Source: Schmidtea nova (Eukaryota). From it: 64,000 bases of DNA. Position numbers and translations under genes: made by a program. Positions 55,191 to 64,000 of the stretch are shown one piece after another. The DNA lies in NCBI GenBank assembly GCA_044892505.1, contig CM097884.1:91264001-91328000 (forward strand). Reading direction: 5' to 3'. The stretch's first letter is position 1. Each line of letters begins with the position of its first letter. Below the pieces are notes generated by a model, which made no database searches, was not told the origin of the DNA, and worked only from the letters and a program-made list of their open reading frames with translations.

Positions 55191-56335
55191 TCATCTTCTC
55201 CATTGTTCAAGCATATTGACTCCTAAATAATGCCCGAATGCAAAACTCTCATTTTTACTCATCCACTGATGCTTATCATCGTTGTTACTTAAAGTTATTT
55301 TAAAATTCTTAAAAGTATAACACTGATGATTTCGCTTTACAATTCGAGTTTGACCCGAAAAAGTTTGGCCATTAGTATAAAAATTAAAAATGATGTTTTA
55401 TCTCAGTTCCTTCCAAAGTAATACCCTTTGCATTATAACTTTCAGATTTCCCCAAAATACTGTAGCTCGTCGTCCTTTAGAAAACCCATTCTTTATATTC
55501 AAATCCCTTACTCTCATCTTAAAAAAGCGATGACCGAGTTAAGATTTCTTGAATATAATGAATGCTCTGGATCGTAATTTAAAGTGTCCAGGAGATTAAA
55601 TATCAGCGCTGTTAAAATCAACTTAATTTAATGGTCAGCGTCACCAGCAAAAATGTCAATTCTACAATTAAAAAGATTCATATGTTTTTTAAATTTAAGA
55701 TATTGGAGTTGGTACATCCTTAGTTTTGATAAATCTAATAATGTTTGAACGATATAACTAGGTCTATCTAAACATGTCAAATCTATATTAAGATGAATTG
55801 CAATCAAATCGTCATCAATTTTGATGCACTTTCTGAAAGATTGTTTTGAGAAATATATAATCATCTTTTCAAATGAATTACACAGCCACAAATTCATCTG
55901 CTTTTTTAGATTCTCGACTTCTTTACCAGATAGGATGTTGTTAAGAAGCTTAAAGAATTTTAATCCAAATCAGTTGATGAATTTATTCTCAAAGAAGTAT
56001 TATTAAAGATATCAGCCTGTTTAAATCTTAAAGCCTTATGTACCTTACTAACCTTAACACCAAGGAAAAGAAAAATTCTTGAGATATCTCCAATGAAGAA
56101 CATTTTTCTTCTGGGTATAACGCATAAACATCAACTTCTGAACTTTAGAACTCGATGGAAACTACTTTTCATGTGCGACTGGAAATTATTCAAAAACCCA
56201 TGTGTGTTTTTAAGAATATTAATGTCAACTTCCAACGTGTAATAACATCGAGGGATTCATGCATTCAAACAAGACAGAAGGAAGATCCTCAAGTACTCAT
56301 CTAAAATCATCAAAGAGAATAGTTTGGCTAGGAAG
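55191..56335 (-). pseudogene. Decayed Polinton/Maverick-type protein-primed DNA polymerase B (C-terminal half)
   Basis: Minus-strand peptides in the expected order, broken by stops and frameshifts: SQTILFDDFR*V, YTLEVDINI, LGVKVSKVHKALRFKQ, FFKLLNNILSGKEVENLKK (motif B), LDRPSYIVQTLLDLSKLRMY, AGDAD (motif C, normally DTDS), DTLNYDPEHSLYS, KDESKG..EWVF*R..SYS, AKGI, NHQCYTF..ITLSNNDDK..FGHY. Confidence 0.85.
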
Positions 56336-56942
56336 ATATAATGTCTTGTAAGTGTGTAACAGGGGTCTGAATATTTATATTAACCCTAAAAAATACCCAA
56401 AATTCACACCAACACATTCTAACTTATTTCCTTGTCGTTCAAAATTTGGATTTATTCATTTGCTGAAATTATTCTGATCGTATTTGACACGTATTGAAAT
56501 AAGTTTAATACTGTTAAAATCTCGGACGAGCGAGGCTATTAATTTATTTTATTATCCGTTTGTGAAAAGTAGGTTGTGGAGAGATGTGTTGTTTAATGGA
56601 TGTTAAGAATATTGTAGAGGAATTGTAGAGCCCGAGAGAGTCTTCCAAATATCGTGTGGAGACACTCGGGGTGTGTGCTTATATAATTGTGTGTGTGTGC
56701 GTGACTATGTTTACAACTAACAACAATAAACTAACGAATTTAAATAATAAACTGTATTTATACAAAAAAGATAAAATTAACACTACTCACCAGCGCCGGT
56801 TCGAGATAATTATACGCCCCAGGCGAAAATTATAAAAAGCGCCCTATTTTAAAAATTAGGTACAAAAATTATGATAAAATAAAAAAGATTAACAAAAAAC
56901 AATCTATTTATTACTTCATTTCATTTTTTACGATTGATTTAC

Positions 56943-56960
56943 ATATATATATATATATAT
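56943..56960 (+). repeat. (AT)9 microsatellite in the transposase 3' region
   Basis: atatatatatatatatat. Confidence 0.9.
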
Positions 56961-56971
56961 AAAAACAGAAT

Positions 56972-57667
56972 TTATAAGAATGATTTTTTCCTGGCTTTCA
57001 TGTCTGCAAATTTTTCTATTGCTGCCTCCAAATTTAGGTTTGCTACAACATTATTTTCAATTGAAATAATGGCCAAATTATTCAACCTATCTTCCGTCAT
57101 AGTAGATCGCAAATAAGTTTTTATTAGTTTTAATTTACTAAAACTTCTTTCACCACTCGCAACACTAACAGGAATTGTTACGAGGATTCGTAAAGCCACC
57201 CACAGATTTGGTACTGTACTTTTCAAATTATTGGAAAAGCTTCGATTATTTTCATCTCTTGGATAAATATGTTGTTGATTACACCTTTCTTCGTTTCCAT
57301 ATAAGTCAGATACAACTATATGGCCAATTTCCGTATGTTTTAAATTTTGTGGCCATAGCCCAATATCATTACAATTTAAAATATTTTCAAATACATAATG
57401 AGTTGAATCACTAGTAACAATTATTTCAGTTCCGTGAGAAGACATTAAATTATCCTCATTGATAATATTACAAGTTTCAGCTTCTGATGAAACATTACCT
57501 ATATCGTCCTCTGAGCTTGAAGATGTTGACTCGAAATGTTGATAATCATCGGCTACTGATTTACTGGATTTAAAATATTTCAATATTTTATCGTGCTTAT
57601 CAGCTTGTTGTTGTCTATTTATTTTTCGTTTCCGATATTCATACCCACTCAATTTTTTTGGTGGCAT
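56972..57667 (-). CDS. Truncated hAT transposase: N-terminus fused in frame to the C-terminal dimerisation domain (231 aa)
   Basis: Basic N-terminus MPPKKLSGYEYRKRK. C-terminus PNLWVALRILVTIPVSVASGERSFSKLKLIKTYLRSTMTEDRLNNLAIISIE is the hAT dimerisation signature. The catalytic core is absent. Confidence 0.88.
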   Translation of the reverse strand: MPPKKLSGYEYRKRKINRQQQADKHDKILKYFKSSKSVADDYQHFESTSSSSEDDIGNVSSEAETCNIINEDNLMSSHGTEIIVTSDSTHYVFENILNCNDIGLWPQNLKHTEIGHIVVSDLYGNEERCNQQHIYPRDENNRSFSNNLKSTVPNLWVALRILVTIPVSVASGERSFSKLKLIKTYLRSTMTEDRLNNLAIISIENNVVANLNLEAAIEKFADMKARKKSFL

Positions 57668-58183
57668 CTTAGCTATTGCATAAATTTATATAAATATATT
57701 TTCCAATATATTTTTAAAAAATGATCTTAATCTTACCTTACCTCTTATATATTTATATTTTTAAAACAGAATAGAAATACAAATTTAATTTGAACAAACT
57801 GCAACAACACTTGAAACAAAAAAATTGTTAAAAAAACTGGTAGCTATAGCTGTTAATTTAACTCGCACATCAGTTTTTGTAATACATATAAAATTTTTTT
57901 ATTTCAATACATATCAGAATTTCTCAGAATTGGAAATTCGTATATTTTGCAAGTACTTTTTTTTTGTTTTTTCTTATTTTCAAATTTTTTTAAAACGGTT
58001 GGTTTCATAGAAAAATTTCAAAATATAAAGTTTTGGAGGCTTATTTTATAATTTTCTTTGATTGTTTATAATAAATTTTGGCGCCCTTTAAAAAGAAGGC
58101 GCCCTAGGCTATGGCCTAGGTCGCCTGGCCCTTGGGCCGGGCCTGCTACTCACTATACTTATGCAAAAGCTTTTCTTGATCTT

Positions 58184-58972
58184 TTAATCTCCATTTCTGA
58201 ATATATTTTCCTTATTCATTTCATCATTTTTCATGTTTTGTAGGAGTACTAAAAGCCAATTCGATTTATTTAATATATATTGAGTATTAATAGATAATAC
58301 AGTTTTTAGTAGACGGGAATCTGGATCAATGATATCGAGAGTTGATCTGTACAAACTCTGTGACTGTCTGTATAGATTGATTTCCTGTGCAGATAAATGA
58401 TGCATTGAAAAAGACTGATTGTGATCCAGAGAATTTATTGATAGCGTTGTGAAGTTAGTCATCTCAGATGGGTCCAAATTGAGGTTCATGAGAGGTCCCT
58501 TGATTGATAAACACATCTCTGTTTGTACAGGTTCTTTTCGCCTTTCGATATTGAAACATTTTCGTAATTTAGAGAACTGACAATTGCTTCTTCTTTGAAT
58601 GTCAAATAAACAATAAAAATTTATGCATTTATGGTGTCGAACACGGCATTTGTTGCTATAAACTTTGCAGTCGGGTTCAGATTTTCGTTTTGACGTTTCG
58701 ATATTGGTATTGTTGTTGTTCAGCAAAAATGAGTAATTGTGTAGATCTTGGATAAAATGTTGTGAATTCTCAATCATGAAAAATCGGTCGATGTAAATTG
58801 AGCTGTTGACTGAAGACATCGAATCGTTTGAAGTTGCTTGCATTTTGTTTGTTTGATCAGCGTGAATATAAAAAAATGTGAATATTAAAACAACGTCCAT
58901 TAATTTTTTGCTCCATTTAATAATTATTATTCCAAATTTGGTTGATTGTTTGTTGATTAGTTTCTTTTTCAA
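58184..58972 (-). pseudogene. Intronless ORF carrying a degenerate nuclear-receptor-like C4 zinc-finger DNA-binding domain
   Basis: 58517-58669 encodes CKVYSNKCRVRHH-KCINFYCLFDIQRRSNCQFSKLRKCFNIERRKEPVQTE, resembling CxVCGDKxxGxHY...C...C.ID...R..CQxCRLxKCF..GMxKEAVQxE. The P-box segment is missing and two Cys are replaced. The track start is a non-ATG codon. Confidence 0.55.
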
Positions 58973-60478
58973 ATAATTTGTCTTTTAATTTCTTTTTAAT
59001 CAATTTTTTTCAAATTCCTATAGTAATTACTAATAGGAATTGATTTTTGAATTAAGTATTTTATAATTATTTATTTTAATTTTCATGGCCAATTTTCCAA
59101 TCAACCAAAGTCGTAAAAATAACAGAAATAATAAAATGGGAGGGGGATCATCCTGTGTCCGAAAGGATGCCCACGACAACACAAGTGTTTGCAATAATTA
59201 TAACATCAATAGAATAATAACAATGATAAAAATGACCATAATAAAAATGAAAATAACGACAAGATATAACTTTTACAAATACTATTTCATTATTTCATGC
59301 AATAGATTAATTTAACGAATCAATGAGATTTGTCTTACTGTTACTATTATTTAATAAGAATCTTTTCAAGATATTGGCTTATGCAATGTTGATTTTCTAA
59401 AATATTTCAACTTTTTAAAACCAGTTTTTTAACTCAATTTATTTTAAATTATTTTTACAAACAAGCTTTTGCTAAGTTTCACCATTTACCACTGTCTCAT
59501 TTAAGTGATTATATGAAGTAGACTTACAATTTTAAAATACGTGGGATTCTTTGAATTTTCAAAATAAAATCAACAAGTTTTAACCCAGTTGAAATTTGTT
59601 CTAAAGAATAAATCTCAATAAAATTTTGTTAAAAAATTACTTTCCTTGTAATAAAAGTCCCACCATCAGCTACATATCACAGTCACCAAAATCTGTAAAG
59701 TAAAATTTATTGGCTTTCCAAAACGCTTGAGATCCTATTGCAAAGTAAATTAATAAAGAAAATAGGAAAGTCTTATTTATTGTGTTATGGTTTTTTTATT
59801 GTTGTATTTGGGTTGTTATTATTCTGGTTAAGATCGGTTTACTGACCTGACTCCTCGTACTCTTTAATTATCGAAATCAATGAACCCAACACAGAACAAT
59901 CTTTTTATTCACGATCAACACAAATTACAATCTTTGTGATGGGACTGTGGATGGGTTTAGAAATTATACGTAGGTAAATTGATAGTTGCTAGGGATTTTC
60001 CGTCCACAGCCCCACATAACTTTATCGTCGACACGCGTATGCCCTTGACTATTCCCTACTAGCCAAGTTGGTACTGCATACGGTGGTAGAAAAATGATGG
60101 GCAGGTGAGCTCCGTTACCAGAACTACTCCCCATTTATCTTCCCTCGGGTCCTTGCTGCCGATAGAAGGTCTTACGCATTTACATTCTACTTATATTCAT
60201 CCCCTTATTCATTTAGGATCTCTATGCTCTTATTATCTAAAAATCACCTTCTCATGACTTTCGTATTTCACTTTCAGTAGTCGGTATTTATCTGGTACTC
60301 AATTGATCTCTCCGCAGGGTCGGTCATTGGTGAAAATTTCAGGAGGAAACTGGATACTTCCACATTTTTCTTATGTTGTTTAATTTACTTAGAAATTTTA
60401 CACGATGAGAGACAATATTAAACCAATAAACACTGTAATTTAAGAAAATATTTTATTTTATATAGTAACATTTACACG

Positions 60479-61066
60479 CTATTCCATAAAATCTAAACTA
60501 ATTTCATGGATCAATTCTAGTTCCGTTAGGGTATTCAATTTATAAATCTGTACATTCATTTGTCTGGCGAACTCCCGACGACGACGGCGTTGCCGCGATC
60601 CCAGTCGGTTCCTTTGTTGTTGTTGACCGACTACGGGTGCGAGAACGGTTGATTTCGGTTGACCACTGTGAGGTGTGGGAGAATCTTCCGTTATAAGATT
60701 TGGAGCCATGATAATCCCGTCTTCCGTTCCACACGCGATGTCCTGGTATGTATTCTGAGTCCATCGCTAAGCGGTAATCGGCCGGATTAATGCGCGCAGT
60801 TCGGAATCTATGTAACTCCTTGTTACTGCATTTAAACAGTTGCACAATTCCCTTTGAACTGCGTCGAGCTCCATCTTCGTCTCCGATAACGCTTCCTGCG
60901 TTCGTTCCATTTTTTGTAATTGAATCTTCATCTGCTCTGGAGAAAACCATCTAGATTTTAGCTCTTCGTTCGAAATCGTGATCCGTTTAATCTGTCACTG
61001 TTGATCCCTCATCTTCCGGTCTTGCATTTGGTTCATAATCCTTTTGATGTGCTCGGTAGAATACAT
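60479..61066 (-). pseudogene. 195-codon frame with two premature stops; coiled-coil N-half and Arg-rich C-terminus
   Basis: ATG at 61066, in-frame TGA at 60997-60995 and TAG at 60769-60767. The frame runs into the track ORF 60479..60709. It encodes MKIQLQKMERTQEALSETKMELDAVQRELC and RLGSRQRRRRREF. Confidence 0.5.
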
Positions 61067-61308
61067 TAGATCTGAATATTGTAATGTTTTATTTCACCCG
61101 TAATTATATCAACGACGGTATTTTATTTAAATAAATAGTATAGTTAACGAATGAGATGTACATCATAAATTCTAATATAATTAATTATTAAGATTCCATA
61201 AAGGGATTTAAGCTAATTCATAGAAGTTTTAATTTATTGTAATTAACTACTGATCTAATGACTAAATTGAACACGCTTTCACAAAAAAACACATTTATTA
61301 GATTAAAA

Positions 61309-61833
61309 TCATTCATCGGCCATCTTTCCCCGATAGGAGAATATGGTCCGGATCTGGAGGTTGGTATTGATATCTTTTGGGGAAGATGTGACTTTCTGCA
61401 AGCATGCTTTCTCGGCCTCTCGGAGAGGTCGAATCGCTACATTGAACACGAGTCCCAACTCTTCGAAGGTTGAGGCCGGAATGTATCCCCAGTAGATGGC
61501 AAAATTCGGGAATCCTTTCTCGTCCAACATTAGGACAAACCACTCGGCATGCCATTTTTCGAATTCCTCATCCGGAACGATGGGCCAGTTGGCACAGCCT
61601 CGGTACCACACGTGATGACGTGGGTGATCCCATACAGTGAAGGGGCATGCCGTTTCCAACTTCCTCCTCCAGGCCCATATTTTTTGGTGGACTTGTTGAA
61701 TAATTTCGAACGGAGCGGGCTTTAACGGACTGGCCCGGACTCGGTTCCGCTTAAGAAATCCATTTTTCCAGCCCCACTGGTTCTCGGTTCTGGCTACTCT
61801 CTTTTTCCCGTGTTGTAACTTCCGATTTCTCAT
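61309..61833 (-). CDS. Unidentified Trp/His-rich protein, paralog A (174 aa)
   Basis: ATG-to-TGA intronless ORF. It is 75% identical (102/136, ungapped) to 63316..63792 with many synonymous differences, and AATAAA follows the stop. Confidence 0.85.
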   Translation of the reverse strand: MRNRKLQHGKKRVARTENQWGWKNGFLKRNRVRASPLKPAPFEIIQQVHQKIWAWRRKLETACPFTVWDHPRHHVWYRGCANWPIVPDEEFEKWHAEWFVLMLDEKGFPNFAIYWGYIPASTFEELGLVFNVAIRPLREAEKACLQKVTSSPKDINTNLQIRTIFSYRGKMADE

Positions 61834-61901
61834 TTTTCTAGATGATCATAAATTTATAAAATTTATAATTTTTAAACAGTGGTTGGTTAAATTTAGCACT
61901 A

Positions 61902-61911
61902 TCTCTCATCG
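61902..61911 (-). promoter_or_regulatory. CGATGAGAGA motif upstream of paralog A
   Basis: 68 nt separate the motif from the ATG at 61833, with TATAAA-like runs in between. Confidence 0.55.
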
Positions 61912-62304
61912 CTCGTTTAAATTTATTGGTCTGTTGGGCCAGCCAAATAGAGGGAAAAGTGAAATAAAAGTATAATAATTAAAACAAAAAAGAGAAAAAA
62001 TAAGGTAAAAAGGGGAATAATAAGTTAAAAGAAAAGAGTAATATAGTTAAAATATAGATAAATTAGGAACAAACTATAAATAAAAATAAACGAATTAAAG
62101 ACATTTCTAAATATTAACTGGCCCAGGAGACATCTAAAAACAAATAAAATACAAATATTAATAATTAAAACAAAATAAAAAGTACTTGTTATTGAATAAT
62201 TGTTTTTGAAACCCAGACCACCGAGAAAGAATCCAATCTAAAAAATAAAAATTAATTAGATCAACAAAATAATAATCAAACCCACCATGAAACTGGCCAA
62301 ACCT

Positions 62305-62349
62305 GATTGGTCGGTCTAGACACGACTGATCAGTATAAATACTGATCAG
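62305..62349 (+). promoter_or_regulatory. Pol II-like promoter: reverse CCAAT box, then TATAAATA inside a 10-bp inverted repeat
   Basis: attgg at 62305-62309. ctgatcagta-taaa-tactgatcag at 62326-62349. Confidence 0.4.
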
Positions 62350-63235
62350 ATTTTTCATAAAATCAGACTAAAAATTAGACTTAGACTTTGTTCAGATTGC
62401 GACTTTGTTAGATTCACATTAGATTGTTAGATTGTTCAGACTGAGATCACCACTAAGTTGAGATTAACAAGACTGATTTTCAATAGACGATCACTGTTTA
62501 TACCGATTTTAACCGAACAAATTTTTGGGATTCAATTTAGGTATTTTTGTTATATTTATGCTTATTATTGATATTGTTGTAATCATATGTTATCACATTA
62601 TAATTTATTGATTGTTTATCTCATTATAATTTGTGAATTATCATGTTTGCATTTAAACTATATATTGATCATATTAATTTTGCGCCGACTGGGAGCTTTA
62701 GGTTCCCAAGGTGTCAGTCCGTGGCGTGGTGCTCGAGAGCTCCACACACGGTAAAATAATGAATAACAAAATATGACTTTTTGTGTAGTTGACAGAATTT
62801 GCACATGGGACACCCAACAAACCCGGGGAATTAATTTTCGATCATATTAGCTACAGAAGGGACGATTTTTCGGATAAAGTCTAACGATGTAGGATAGGAA
62901 AGAATTTTTGACTGTGAGGAGGCACAATTTTTCACCCTCACCACAGCACAGTTTCTAAACAAACACCTAATAAACCTGGGAAAATTATGTCGACCGCATT
63001 TGATACGAAAGGGGCGTTTTCCGAGTAAACTAGGAGATACATGATGTAAGAGAATTTCCGGTTTAAGATACCAATGTTTCGATGTCCACGCAGACAAATC
63101 ACCAATTTTCGACTATATTATTGATCATAAATAGATAAATCTAAGCAGACACGAGAGTAATGTATACCGTAACGAGCAACAGTTTTTCTTGATTTCAGTT
63201 AAGGTCTAAGGGAAAGGCAAATAATAAAGGCATCA

Positions 63236-63245
63236 CGATGAGAGA
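63236..63245 (+). promoter_or_regulatory. CGATGAGAGA motif upstream of paralog B
   Basis: 70 nt separate the motif from the ATG at 63316, with TATAAA in between. Confidence 0.55.
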
Positions 63246-63315
63246 TAACATCTAATATAATTAATCATTGATTTAAATTGTTAACTATTATAAAATTCAT
63301 CATCGTTCTAGTACC

Positions 63316-63792
63316 ATGACCAAACACAGATTCGCCATCAAAAAACGACGAGAACGAGCCCGAATCAGACCATTAAAGCCGGCTCCATTTGAGATTTTGC
63401 AACAAATACATCAAAAAATGTGGGCATGGCGCCGAGAGCTTGAAACAGCATGTCCCTTTACAGTATGGGACCACCCACGGCATCACGTGTGGTACCGAGG
63501 CTGCGCTAGCTGGCCGATCATTCCAGACGAGGAATTCGAATCATGGCACGCCGCCTGGTTCGTCCTGATGTTAGATAAACGGGGATTCCCGAGCTGTGTG
63601 ATTTATTGGGGGTTCATTCCAGCCTCCACATTCAAGGAGTTAGGGTTCACTTTCCATACGGCAATACGACCCCTTCGGGAAGCCGAGAGGACCCGTCTCC
63701 AGCAAGCCTCACCCAACTCCACTGGAATCAGCTCTCATCTACAAATCAGATCGATATTTTCGTACCGAGGGAAAATGACCGAAGATGGATAG
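63316..63792 (+). CDS. Unidentified Trp/His-rich protein, paralog B (158 aa)
   Basis: ATG-to-TAG intronless ORF sharing the block LETACPFTVWDHPRHHVWYRGCA with paralog A. AATAAA lies downstream. Confidence 0.85.
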   Translation: MTKHRFAIKKRRERARIRPLKPAPFEILQQIHQKMWAWRRELETACPFTVWDHPRHHVWYRGCASWPIIPDEEFESWHAAWFVLMLDKRGFPSCVIYWGFIPASTFKELGFTFHTAIRPLREAERTRLQQASPNSTGISSHLQIRSIFSYRGKMTEDG

Positions 63793-64000
63793 TTAAATCG
63801 GTGGCCACCTGTTTTAAATTGAATAAATGTTTTAGAGCAATCTGAGTGTTCCATTTTATTAATAGTGTTGCAATATAGATGAGAAACTTATTAATATCCA
63901 GTGTTGTAGATGTTACAGTCAGTAGGAAATTCTTTCACTAGTACAAAATAGTTAAATAAATATTTTGAGTCTCCAATCATTAAATAGCAAAATATTTTTT

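Larger units (their letters stand above)
56791..58145 (-). mobile_element. Non-autonomous hAT DNA transposon (internal-deletion derivative, 1355 bp)
   Basis: 8-bp TSD ctactcac at 56783-56790 and 58146-58153. Imperfect TIRs CAGCGCCGGTTCGAG and CAGGCCCGGCCCAAG match at 10/15. Subterminal GCGCCC/CGCCC repeats occur at both ends, and there is an internal transposase-derived ORF. Confidence 0.93.

Noticed and set aside
56355-56715. Possible solo LTR (tgtaa…ttaca, 361 bp) truncating the polymerase fossil
   Set aside because: Flanks aagtg and actaa give no TSD, and no PBS, PPT or second copy is visible. It remains possible but unsupported.
56782-56787. actact as a Polinton terminus (AGTAGT on the minus strand)
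   Set aside because: Six bases in AT-rich DNA with no partner TIR, overlapping the hAT TSD.
59085-59315. 76-aa ORF MANFPINQ…
   Set aside because: Low-complexity AT-rich sequence with no recognisable motif or coding signal.
62831-63132. 88-aa minus ORF, a FVCVDIET exonuclease-like word in another frame, and a two-stop plus-strand frame
   Set aside because: The ORF lacks an in-frame ATG, the DIET word is flanked by stops with no further Exo motifs, and no frame is recognisable.
61258-63845. Small ORFs overlapping the paralog pair (61258..61473, 61313..61555, 63606..63845)
   Set aside because: The substitution pattern preserves the 174/158-aa frames, not these overlapping ones.

Overview
AT-rich eukaryotic (animal-type) genomic DNA. 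Positions 1-54233 hold the 3' part of one giant gene on the + strand. A stop-free frame of at least 51.2 kb enters from upstream of the window. It consists of about 84.5 near-identical 570-bp units, each encoding 190 aa (a 154-aa Cys-to-Cys, very basic, beta-rich domain plus a 36-aa Thr/Pro linker), followed by six diverged copies of the same domain. After a 667-N gap come 11 small exons separated by 43-56 nt introns, encoding vWC-like, TSP1, TSP1, TIL, S/T-rich, vWC-like, TSP1 and vWC-like modules up to TAA at 54231-54233. The product is over 17,600 aa and resembles SCO-spondin/mucin-type extracellular polymers and, from memory, flatworm adhesive protein ap2. Downstream is an accessory zone: a perfect 195-bp palindrome, (AAT)18, a decayed Polinton-type DNA polymerase B, an internally deleted hAT transposon with an 8-bp TSD, an ORF with a degenerate nuclear-receptor DNA-binding domain, a coiled-coil pseudogene, and two divergently oriented paralogous Trp-rich genes I cannot identify that share a promoter motif. 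All alignments and counts were done by eye, no database search was run, and the species cannot be determined.
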